Shown: positions 1-8,932 of the stretch, piece by piece
How the letters are laid out: the number at the start of each line of letters is the position of its first letter
Numbering within the stretch: position 1 is the stretch's first letter
Assembly: GCA_009695045.1 (NCBI GenBank)
Contig: SIBS01000001.1
Location: 106,942-170,941, forward strand
Source: Candidatus Levyibacteriota bacterium
GTDB taxonomy: Bacteria; Patescibacteriota; Microgenomatia; Levybacterales; UBA12049
Direction: 5' to 3'
DNA: 64,000 nucleotides
Notes under the pieces: model-generated
The model's database searches: none
Told to the model about the DNA's origin: nothing
Seen by the model: only the letters and a program-made list of their open reading frames with translations
Position numbers and translations under genes: made by a program

Positions 1-361
1 TACTATGGATAACGACATAGATAGTCATCTTATAAATTATAATGGTACTGCAATACCACCCAACAAGGGCACTGCTGTAATATTTGGCCACTCAACCCTA
101 CCACAGCTATTTAATATGCGCGATTATAAGACTATTTTTGCGAAACTTTATACAATAAAAAATGGAGATATTATAGAAACTAATATTAATGGAGTTGTCT
201 ATACATATAGTGTGTATAGTATTACTGTTACTGATCCACTCGACACATCCGTATTCCTACAACAATATGATGGAAAATATCTTACCATAGTGACATGTAC
301 TCCTCCGGGAACAACTTGGAAAAGACTTATTGTTAAATCACGAATTAATAAATCACTATAA
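1..361 (+). CDS. Sortase-family transpeptidase, C-terminal part. The frame is open to position 1, so the 5' end is probably truncated by the window edge.
   Basis: Translation contains sortase-like His (VIFGHST), the catalytic Cys motif LTIVTCTP (TLxTC-like) and a downstream Arg. There is no stop between position 1 and the first ATG at 5. Confidence 0.55.
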   Translation, partial: TMDNDIDSHLINYNGTAIPPNKGTAVIFGHSTLPQLFNMRDYKTIFAKLYTIKNGDIIETNINGVVYTYSVYSITVTDPLDTSVFLQQYDGKYLTIVTCTPPGTTWKRLIVKSRINKSL

Positions 362-482
362 TGAAAAATATAATAATAAATATATGGATTTATTTTCAAA
401 GAATAATTACAATTATCATATCTTTTATTATAAGACTAATCAAAAGAATTATTACTTATGCGGTTGAACAAATAATAGGATT

Positions 483-1763
483 ATGATAAATATTAAAAAA
501 CAAATTGAAGCAGTAACTGCAATTAGAAAAAAATTGTCCGGTGGATTACTAAATTATAAAGAGATTTATAATATAATGGATGAAATATCTCATCATCGAT
601 TGGGAAATGTACTCACTACCTATTTTGCAGCATCAGGTTATTCAAGAGGATTCTCTGATGAAGAGCTTTATTACCTTACTAAGGCAATGATCGATACAGG
701 AGAAACTCTTTATTTTGAAGGAATAGTTGCTGATAAACATTCTATAGGAGGCATTCCTGGAACAAGAACAACTCTTATTGTTGTTCCTATTATTGCTGCT
801 GCTGGCTTCACTATTCCAAAAAGTTCTTCTCGTGCAATTACTACTCCTAGTGGAACAGCTGATGATATGGAAATTCTTGCTCCAGTAAAATTTACTAAAA
901 AAAGACTCTATGAAATTGTAGAAAAAACTAATGGTTGCATTGTTTGGAGCGGAAGCTTTAATATTGCTCCAGCCGATGATATAATTATAAAAGTAGAAAA
1001 ACCACTTTCTTTTGAAAGCTATGATAAAATTTTGGTCTCCATAATGGCTAAGAAGATTGCATTTGGATCCACTCATGTAGTAATAGATATACCTTATGGT
1101 CCAATGGCAAAAATCCAAAAAAAAGAAGAGGCAGAATTATTAAATAAAAAATTTATTTTTTTAGCAAAAAGGTTCAATATAAAAATTCGCTGCCTTATGC
1201 ACAAAACGATTGGACCAATCGGTAGAGGAATTGGTCCAGCACTCGAAAGCAGAGATGCAATGAGGGTGCTACAACAAAAAAATAATAGACCACTGGACCT
1301 TGAAGAAAGAAGTCTAAACCTAGCTGAATCTCTTCTGGAATTATGTTTGAAAGATTCCCCTAGGGCAATTCAAGATAGAGTTCATAATGATTATGAAAAT
1401 TGCAGAGAATGGGCATCTCATTTACTTAAAACTGGAATTGCTTATGAAAAAATGCAAGAAATAATTCATGAACAAGGAGGAGAATCAGATTTAGATAGTG
1501 AGGATATTAAGCCAGGAAAATATAAATTAGCTATAATTTCTCATGCAAAAGGCATTATTAATAATATTAATATAAAAAATATCACAATATTGGCTAAGAT
1601 ACTTGGTGCGCCATCTCAAAAAGGTTCAGGCATATATTTAGAAAAAATGATAGGTGAAAATATAGGCAAGGAAGAATTGTTGTATACTCTATTTAGCGAA
1701 TCAGCAAATAATCTTAATGAAGCAAAAGAATCACTAATTAACTTTCCTATATATAAATTATGA
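483..1763 (+). CDS. Thymidine phosphorylase / AMP phosphorylase family protein (glycosyltransferase family 3 fold)
   Basis: 426 aa. Has the DKHSIGGIPG phosphate-binding motif, GTADDMEILAPV and a C-terminal pyrimidine-nucleoside phosphorylase-like domain. The N-terminal helical domain is followed by an alpha/beta domain. Confidence 0.75.
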   Translation: MINIKKQIEAVTAIRKKLSGGLLNYKEIYNIMDEISHHRLGNVLTTYFAASGYSRGFSDEELYYLTKAMIDTGETLYFEGIVADKHSIGGIPGTRTTLIVVPIIAAAGFTIPKSSSRAITTPSGTADDMEILAPVKFTKKRLYEIVEKTNGCIVWSGSFNIAPADDIIIKVEKPLSFESYDKILVSIMAKKIAFGSTHVVIDIPYGPMAKIQKKEEAELLNKKFIFLAKRFNIKIRCLMHKTIGPIGRGIGPALESRDAMRVLQQKNNRPLDLEERSLNLAESLLELCLKDSPRAIQDRVHNDYENCREWASHLLKTGIAYEKMQEIIHEQGGESDLDSEDIKPGKYKLAIISHAKGIINNINIKNITILAKILGAPSQKGSGIYLEKMIGENIGKEELLYTLFSESANNLNEAKESLINFPIYKL

Positions 1764-2713
1764 ATAAAATAACCATTACATTTTTATTAATCATTACCAT
1801 ATCTATTGGAATTTTTATTTGGCTTCAAAACGGATTAGATGCCATAAATAAAAAAGATGCTACAGAAAAAATGTTCGTCATAGCACGTGGCAGTAGTGTT
1901 CGAGATATCGCTAATAATTTAAAAACAGAAAAGTTTATCAAAAATAATATAGTTTTTTTCTTACTAATAAAATTTAAAGGATTAGATAAAAAAATTCAAG
2001 CAGGCGACTTTCGAATATCTCCTTCAATGAACGCACTGATTATTGCCGAAACACTTACTCATGGATCAATAGATATTTGGATAACTATTCCAGAAGGAAA
2101 ACGAGCGGAAGAAATCGCAGAGATTTTAAAAGAAAAAATGCTAAGCTATAATCCATCATGGGAAGTGGAACTTAAAAAAAATGAAGGATATTTATTTCCG
2201 GATACCTATCTCATACCAAAATTATCGAATATTGATTTTATTATCAATAAATTAACTACAACTTTTGATGAAAAATATTCAAATCTTATAAATCCTAATC
2301 GTATTTCAAGGGAAAAAGCTGTAATTATTGCATCCATGATTGAAAGAGAAGCGCGTCTTGCAGAAGATAGGCCAATCGTGTCATCAGTAATTCAAAATAG
2401 ATTAAATATAAATATGAAGCTAGATATAGATGCGACCTTGCAGTATGTCTTAGGATATCAAAGTGAAGAAAAACGCTGGTGGAAATCTGAGCTCAGTAAT
2501 AACGATAAAAAAATCGAATCATCCTATAATACTTATAAGCGAATTGGTCTTCCATTTGGGCCAATAAGTAATCCCGGAGTATCTTCTTTAAAAGCAGCCC
2601 TACAACCGGCTACAACTGATTATTTCTACTATATAACAGACAGGAATGGTAAAAATCGATATGCAAAAACACTTAGTGGACATGAAGCAAATATTGAAAA
2701 ATACGGATTATAA
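1760..2713 (+). CDS. mltG: MltG/YceG-like endolytic murein transglycosylase
   Basis: N-terminal TM segment. YceG-family architecture of about 320 aa. Start overlaps the upstream gene by 4 nt (ATGA). Confidence 0.7.
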   Translation: MNKITITFLLIITISIGIFIWLQNGLDAINKKDATEKMFVIARGSSVRDIANNLKTEKFIKNNIVFFLLIKFKGLDKKIQAGDFRISPSMNALIIAETLTHGSIDIWITIPEGKRAEEIAEILKEKMLSYNPSWEVELKKNEGYLFPDTYLIPKLSNIDFIINKLTTTFDEKYSNLINPNRISREKAVIIASMIEREARLAEDRPIVSSVIQNRLNINMKLDIDATLQYVLGYQSEEKRWWKSELSNNDKKIESSYNTYKRIGLPFGPISNPGVSSLKAALQPATTDYFYYITDRNGKNRYAKTLSGHEANIEKYGL

Positions 2714-2731
2714 ATTTATAAAATATTTATC

Positions 2732-3454
2732 TTATATTCTCTTTTTCAACCACTGTATAAGGATTTCCATAAATTGATTATTCCATTTTGGTTTTGATAA
2801 TGAATGATCAGCATCAAGAATAATAATATGTGTTAATTTATTTTTATCATAAATTGAATTTTTATAATTATCAATAGTCTGCGCAGGAATTAATTCATCA
2901 TTTCCAGATTCAACGAGTAAAATTTCACCCATAAATTCACTTATAGCATTCAATGCCTTATTTTCCAAAGGAATTATTTTTTTTAACCGATAATCTTTTG
3001 TTATTATCTTCCCAATCATTTTTATCGATGGCTCTTCAAATTTATCATTATTATAAATTGCTGGTGAACGAATTACCAACCATTTTATTTTTCGATAAAT
3101 TGATAGTAAGACTGCAATATAACTTCCATAGCTAGTTCCAATAATGCCGATTTTATCCTTATCAATCCCATCATGACTCATTAGATAATCATATGCTGAA
3201 ATTGCATCATTTAAATGATCTTGTCTAGAAAGTTTTTCAAGCTCTCCACTACTATCTCCATGTCCACGAAAATTTATAGTTAAGCAGATAAATCCTAATT
3301 TTATCAATTCTTCTGCACGCTTTATATTTCCACTATCGTTACTCATCCATCCATGAAGCAATAACAATGCAGGTTGATTAGGTTTTATTATTTTTGGGTG
3401 CAAAAGTCTTCCAGTTATAAAATTAGATTCAACTGGAATTTTTATCTTCTTCAT
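2732..3454 (-). CDS. Alpha/beta-fold hydrolase (dienelactone hydrolase / S9-like)
   Basis: HGW...RGHGDS region, GxSxG nucleophile elbow (GTSYGSYIA) and a C-terminal DADH catalytic His region. Confidence 0.65.
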   Translation of the reverse strand: MKKIKIPVESNFITGRLLHPKIIKPNQPALLLLHGWMSNDSGNIKRAEELIKLGFICLTINFRGHGDSSGELEKLSRQDHLNDAISAYDYLMSHDGIDKDKIGIIGTSYGSYIAVLLSIYRKIKWLVIRSPAIYNNDKFEEPSIKMIGKIITKDYRLKKIIPLENKALNAISEFMGEILLVESGNDELIPAQTIDNYKNSIYDKNKLTHIIILDADHSLSKPKWNNQFMEILIQWLKKRI

Positions 3455-3484
3455 GTAGTAATTATTCTACCAAATCTAATCGTA

Positions 3485-3814
3485 CTATCTGCGAGGAATT
3501 CCTTTAAATAAACGCTTAGTCACTCTTTTCGCATGAGATATAATATTTCCCAATGGCTCTATATTTTCCTGAAAATCATCTTTAGTTATTTTTTGTATAA
3601 CTATTGGTTTTCTTTTAATTTTTTCATCTACATGATTATCTAATAATTCATCTACCCTACTTAAACCTTCTTCGGTTAATGCTTCCAGAATTTTTTTACC
3701 TTTTTTTGTACCAACCAGAAATACTCCTAATGAACCAACGATAGCCCCGAGTAAAAAACTATTCATTAATCTTGAATCATTCTTATTCTCCATCTTCATT
3801 CTCCTCATCATCAT
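3485..3814 (-). CDS. YtxH-like small membrane/stress protein
   Basis: Short protein with an N-terminal hydrophobic helix (LLGAIVGSLGVFLVGTKKGKK) followed by a charged helical region, as in the YtxH family. Confidence 0.35.
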   Translation of the reverse strand: MMMRRMKMENKNDSRLMNSFLLGAIVGSLGVFLVGTKKGKKILEALTEEGLSRVDELLDNHVDEKIKRKPIVIQKITKDDFQENIEPLGNIISHAKRVTKRLFKGIPRR

Positions 3815-4067
3815 TATTATTTTTATTTACTGATTTAAATAATCTAGTAATTATACCTCCGATTTTTAAACCATTGGAAATACTTGCAATTGAAGATATT
3901 GGACCAGAGATACTCTCTGCAATAATACCTACATCGTCTAAAACCTTATTTGCCTTTGAAACTGTTTTACGAAATTCACAAAGTATATAATAAGCCTGCA
4001 TTGCCAATGCTACGAAGATTATTGCAAGAACAACAACTACAAAAATTACTATAATTTGAATATCCAT
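3783..4067 (-). CDS. DUF948/YtxG-like small membrane protein
   Basis: N-terminal TM (IIVIFVVVVLAIIFVALAM) followed by an amphipathic region and an acidic tail. Overlaps the preceding gene by about 30 nt. Confidence 0.35.
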   Translation of the reverse strand: MDIQIIVIFVVVVLAIIFVALAMQAYYILCEFRKTVSKANKVLDDVGIIAESISGPISSIASISNGLKIGGIITRLFKSVNKNNNDDEENEDGE

Positions 4068-4113
4068 ATTAATAAATTTAGCATGTATTATCGAGAGCTG
4101 TCAAGAAAAAATA

Positions 4114-4755
4114 TTATTCATTATTATTAATAATCTTTACACGACGATTTATGAGTGTTTCCTTACCAAATCTACTCTTAGCCTTTATTGAAATTATAGA
4201 CTTACCTAAAAAAAGAGTAATATTCTTACTAAAAGATCCATCTTGATCAACAACAACCGGAATATCATTTACAAATACCATTATGCTCTGATCGGTCTTT
4301 CCAGAAATAGCAACTAATTGACTTATTTCACTTCCTTCCTTTGGTAAATATACATCTAGTGGTGGATTTATAAAGAAAAAGCGATACTGATAAAAAATAT
4401 ATACTACAAGACAAAATAAGACTAATAAAATGGAAATAAATGTATAACCTGCACGAATTTTTGTAATTGATATATCATCATGTTTTAATAATCCATCGGG
4501 CAATATTTTTCGATACTCTTGCTCATCAAATTCTCTTTTAAAAAGAGATATGTATTCTTTTTTAGGTAAACCTAAAAACTCTATATAGTTTTTAACAAAA
4601 CCCTGAATATAAGCACCTGAGGGTAATTTTTTATATTCACCTCTCTCTATAGCGCTAATAAAAGACACGCGAATCTTAGTTGCGTCAGCAGCATCATTTA
4701 TGGATAATCCTTTTTTTTGCCTCTTTTCACGCAAGCGCTCCCCAAAACGAATCAT
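4114..4755 (-). CDS. RodZ-like cytoskeletal protein (XRE-type HTH, single TM, extracytoplasmic domain)
   Basis: N-terminal HTH (FGERLREKRQKKGLSINDAADATKIRVSFISAIERGEY), a central TM and a C-terminal beta-rich domain. Confidence 0.55.
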   Translation of the reverse strand: MIRFGERLREKRQKKGLSINDAADATKIRVSFISAIERGEYKKLPSGAYIQGFVKNYIEFLGLPKKEYISLFKREFDEQEYRKILPDGLLKHDDISITKIRAGYTFISILLVLFCLVVYIFYQYRFFFINPPLDVYLPKEGSEISQLVAISGKTDQSIMVFVNDIPVVVDQDGSFSKNITLFLGKSIISIKAKSRFGKETLINRRVKIINNNE

Positions 4756-4767
4756 AATTGTTTATGC

Positions 4768-6897
4768 TTATCTTTGTTGACTAATAATGTAATCTTCTGG
4801 ATTTCGGATTATAACTTCCCTGGGCTTTGATCCATTACTTGGACCAATAATTCCAGATGCTTCTAATTGATCTAGTATACGAGCTGCTCGCGCATATCCA
4901 ACAGAGAGCCTTCGCTGTAATAATGATGCAGATGCTCCATTATCAGCATTGTTGCATATTATTCGCAAAGCTTCTTCGAAAAAAGGATCATTACCATCAC
5001 CGTTGTCGCCAATCAATCCCTTACCTTTCTTTAGAGATACTTGTTGATTGATAATCTCATCTGTATATTCTACATTTGGAACCTTAGATCTAAGATAATC
5101 TGCTAGTTTCTTTACCTCTGCCTCAGAAAGAAAAGCACCCTGTATACGAGTTGGCTTTGCTTGATCTGGTGGAATATAAAGCATATCTCCTCGACCAAGT
5201 AATTTTTCCGCACCTGGACTATCAATAACTACGCGAGAATCAATCATGGAAGAAACATTAAAGGCAATTCGTGTTGGGATATTAGCCTTGATAAGACCAG
5301 TTATTACATTTACTGATGGACGCTGTGTTGCAATAACTAAATGTATTCCGGTTGCTCGAGCCATTTGAGCAAGACGGGCGATTGAATCTTCCACAGCAAC
5401 GGGAGCAAACACCATAAGATCAGCTAATTCATCAACGACAATAACTATATATGGCAATGCTTGAAAACCAGATAACTCATTATAGGAATCTATATTTCTT
5501 ACTCCTTGATCTGCGAATAATTTATATCGTCTATCCATTTCTCCCATTGCCCATTTAAGTGCAGATAGAATTTTTTCAACCTCCACAATAACAGGTGTGA
5601 GTAAATGTGGAATTCCATTATATGCACTAAATTCAACTCGCTTTGGATCAACCAGAATAAGTTTTACCTCAGAAGGAGAAGCTCGAAAAAGTAAAGATGC
5701 AATAAATGCATTTATAAGAACTGACTTTCCGGAGCCAGTTGTTCCAGCTACTAGAACATGTGGCATTTTTGCAATATCTGCCGTAACTGGACTTCCTGAA
5801 ACATCTAATCCTAGTGACACTGTTAATTTAGATTTACTTTTTAACATTATAGATGACGATAACATTGTTTTTAGGGTAACTACTTCAAGTGATCTATTTG
5901 GAATCTCTATGCCTACAAGATTCCTCCCCGGAATTGGAGCCTCTATTCTAATTTGTCCCGTTGGTGCTTCTGTAGCGAGAGCCAAATCATTAGCCAAAGA
6001 GGTAATTTTTGAAACCTTTGTACCTAGAGCTATTGCTAACGCATATTGCGTAACTGCTGGACCAAGATTTACTTCATCAACATGTGCTTCTATACCAAAA
6101 CTCTCAAGTGTCTTTTCGATAACGCTTGCAATTTTTTTTATGTCACCTCTATCAGCTTTTTTACCAGGAGAATCTGACAATAAATTAAGCGGTGGATATT
6201 CCCAAATACCATCACCGCTATCAAATGCATTAGCAATTAGCCTATCTGATAATAATTCTTGTTCTCTTTTATTAATCAATGATGCAGGGTTTGGCTTAGC
6301 AATAAAAGACTGAAGGATAGAATCTCGCTGTTCCCCTTTAATAGTCATCGGTTTATCTCGAAGATTTGTGATTTGTTTTGATTTAAAAAAAGAGAATATA
6401 TTATGAGGAAAAAGACGATGAGCATGACTAAAGATAACCATAGCAGAATTAAGCATTTCATCAAGCGATGTATTAAAAAGTACAATAATTCCAATAAATG
6501 ATCCAGCAACAAAAACTCCAAAGGCACCAAGCGAAGTAAGAGTGTATTCTAAGGAGGAAAACATACTTCTTCCTATAAAACCCTCCCTAAATAAACCGAC
6601 TATACAAACAAAAAATAATAAGTATCCTATAGATACATTGGGCTTGGAGAGAAAAAACTTTAAACGTAAAAATAATAAACCAAAAAGAATAAATACAAAT
6701 GGAAATAGGCCTGAAAGGAATCCAAAACTACCAGAAAGCAATTCTTGAGCAAATAATAACCTATCACTCTTATCAAAAAATGAGAGTAAAAAAATCAAAC
6801 CAATAAAAATTAATCCAAAAGAAAAAATATTATATATGGTTGATGACTTTAACTTAACTTTAAATAATTTTCTACGTTTTCCTCGATTTCTAAGCAT
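4768..6897 (-). CDS. ftsK: DNA translocase FtsK/SpoIIIE
   Basis: N-terminal polytopic membrane domain. Motor domain with Walker A (GTTGSGKS), Walker B (IVIVVDELADLM) and a C-terminal winged-helix gamma domain (LLQRRLSVGYARAARILDQLE). Confidence 0.9.
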   Translation of the reverse strand: MLRNRGKRRKLFKVKLKSSTIYNIFSFGLIFIGLIFLLSFFDKSDRLLFAQELLSGSFGFLSGLFPFVFILFGLLFLRLKFFLSKPNVSIGYLLFFVCIVGLFREGFIGRSMFSSLEYTLTSLGAFGVFVAGSFIGIIVLFNTSLDEMLNSAMVIFSHAHRLFPHNIFSFFKSKQITNLRDKPMTIKGEQRDSILQSFIAKPNPASLINKREQELLSDRLIANAFDSGDGIWEYPPLNLLSDSPGKKADRGDIKKIASVIEKTLESFGIEAHVDEVNLGPAVTQYALAIALGTKVSKITSLANDLALATEAPTGQIRIEAPIPGRNLVGIEIPNRSLEVVTLKTMLSSSIMLKSKSKLTVSLGLDVSGSPVTADIAKMPHVLVAGTTGSGKSVLINAFIASLLFRASPSEVKLILVDPKRVEFSAYNGIPHLLTPVIVEVEKILSALKWAMGEMDRRYKLFADQGVRNIDSYNELSGFQALPYIVIVVDELADLMVFAPVAVEDSIARLAQMARATGIHLVIATQRPSVNVITGLIKANIPTRIAFNVSSMIDSRVVIDSPGAEKLLGRGDMLYIPPDQAKPTRIQGAFLSEAEVKKLADYLRSKVPNVEYTDEIINQQVSLKKGKGLIGDNGDGNDPFFEEALRIICNNADNGASASLLQRRLSVGYARAARILDQLEASGIIGPSNGSKPREVIIRNPEDYIISQQR

Positions 6898-6980
6898 ACT
6901 ACTATATATACTATATGATATTAAGTAGAAGAATTACAAGCCTGAATCGCTATATAAGTAGATTACTTAATTTAAAAAAA

Positions 6981-8657
6981 TTATGCCTCAACTATAACTG
7001 GTAGCACTAATGGCCTACGACGAAATTCTCTAAAAATACGTTTTTCAGAAACATCACTAATGCGCTTTCTCAAAAGTGCCCAATTTGTAACTTTTACTTT
7101 TTTATTTCCCAAAGCATTCTTAATATCAATATATAACTTACTAATAAGTTTTTTATCGTCCACGATAAATCCTCTTATAAGAATATCTGGTGCTGCTATT
7201 AATTCTCCTGTTTCAGCATCCACTTCTACCATCACAACAACTATTCCTCCCTCAGATAATCTTTGCCTATCTCGAAGCACATAATGGTCAACTTCTCCAC
7301 CCGAAACTTCATCAACATATACATTTTTAGTGCTAATCTTTTTACCTCGTCTAACACTATTCTTTGAAAAAATTAATTCCTGCCCACTATCTAGAAGAAA
7401 TACATCTTCTTTTTTATATCCAATTTTCTCTGATAAATTTTGATAAGCAACCATATGCCTATAAGTTCCTCCAATCGGAATTAAAAAACGTGGCTTTGTT
7501 AAGGATATCATTAACAATAACTCCTGCATCGAACCGTGACCAGATACATGAAAAAGAGAGCTTGAGCTAGAATTTATTACACGTACTCCACGTCTAGCCA
7601 ATGAATCAACTAAAGAATTAACGAGTACTTCATTGCCAGGGATAGCGTCAGATGAAAAAATAACAACATCATCCGTAGACATCGCCACGTCTTTATGTTC
7701 ACCGTTGGCCATACGAGAAAGAGCAGAATTCTCTTGACCCTGGCTACCGGCAACAAGTAATAACTGTTGATTATCTGGGTATTTCTTTAATTGATCTATT
7801 GAAACCTCAAGTCCATCCCTAATCTTCATATATCCTAGCTGAACTGCTATCTCTTTTGCTCTAATAAGCGACCTTCCAACAAAACATATTCTCCTATTTA
7901 ATTTTGATGCAACATCAATTGCTTGATTTAAACGAGATATATTTGAAGAATAAGTAGTAATAATACACTTACCCGTTACATCTTTTAATTCTTTTTCAAA
8001 ATTCTCTGAAAGACCTTCTTCGGAAGGAGTATTTCCTGGCCTATCAGAACCTAAACAATCAGATAGAAGACATAGTATGTTCTTTGCTCCAGCTTGTGCA
8101 ATTGCTTCAAAATCTGTTTTATTTCCATCTGCAGGAGTAAGATCAAATTTAAAATCACTACCATGATAAAAACTACCAACAGGAGTTGTGATAAGAATAT
8201 TTGCAGTATCTGGAACAGAATGAGTTATTCTAATAAAAGAAATATTAAATTTACCTATTGAACGATTTGGATCATCAAAGTTAACTACTTGAACCCTAGT
8301 ACCTATTTCAAATTCTTTAAGTTTTGCATTAGTAAATGCAGCAGTTAATGGAGATGCAAATATTGGAAATTGTTGAGGAATTTGCGGAAGAATAAAAGGA
8401 ACAGCACCAATATGATCTTCATGGCCATGAGTCAAAACCATACCAACGATCTTCTTTTTTGTCTGGATGAGATATGTTATGTCTGGCAACAATAAATCAA
8501 CACCAATCATTGTCTCATCTGCAAAGCCTAATCCACAATCCACAATCAAAATTTCATCACCATATTCATAAAGATACATATTTTTAGTGACATCACCTAT
8601 TCCACCAAGAGGAATAAATGAAATAGTATCTGGTAAAATAGGTGTTATTGAATTCAT
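6981..8657 (-). CDS. rnj: Ribonuclease J (metallo-beta-lactamase / beta-CASP RNase)
   Basis: HxHxDH metal-binding motif (THGHEDHIG), beta-CASP region and a C-terminal domain. Length 558 aa. Confidence 0.9.
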   Translation of the reverse strand: MNSITPILPDTISFIPLGGIGDVTKNMYLYEYGDEILIVDCGLGFADETMIGVDLLLPDITYLIQTKKKIVGMVLTHGHEDHIGAVPFILPQIPQQFPIFASPLTAAFTNAKLKEFEIGTRVQVVNFDDPNRSIGKFNISFIRITHSVPDTANILITTPVGSFYHGSDFKFDLTPADGNKTDFEAIAQAGAKNILCLLSDCLGSDRPGNTPSEEGLSENFEKELKDVTGKCIITTYSSNISRLNQAIDVASKLNRRICFVGRSLIRAKEIAVQLGYMKIRDGLEVSIDQLKKYPDNQQLLLVAGSQGQENSALSRMANGEHKDVAMSTDDVVIFSSDAIPGNEVLVNSLVDSLARRGVRVINSSSSSLFHVSGHGSMQELLLMISLTKPRFLIPIGGTYRHMVAYQNLSEKIGYKKEDVFLLDSGQELIFSKNSVRRGKKISTKNVYVDEVSGGEVDHYVLRDRQRLSEGGIVVVMVEVDAETGELIAAPDILIRGFIVDDKKLISKLYIDIKNALGNKKVKVTNWALLRKRISDVSEKRIFREFRRRPLVLPVIVEA

Positions 8658-8932
8658 TAAGAAGGTAAATATTTCTTTATATTTTGATCATTAATTATTA
8701 AAAATTCCATATCATGGAATAAATTAAAATTTTTTTTAAATAATATAAAAAAAATATTGGAGACACTTGACATATTACTGAATGATTTAATAAGTAAGTT
8801 AATTATAATTGAAATTATTTCTTTTTTAACTAATAAATATTCATGATCAATTATATTTGGATCTATATTAATTATCATACATTATAAAAATAAAGAGAAT
8901 AAATAAAATTATAAAAACTATTAATAATTTTA

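Noticed and set aside
642-1118. 158-aa minus-strand ORF within the phosphorylase gene
   Set aside because: Antisense to a conserved enzyme gene. Cys/Ser/Asn-rich low-complexity translation.
5597-6313. 238-aa ORF on the plus strand inside ftsK
   Set aside because: It is entirely antisense to the well-supported FtsK motor domain. It has low-complexity S/A/T-rich composition typical of a reverse-frame artefact and no motifs.
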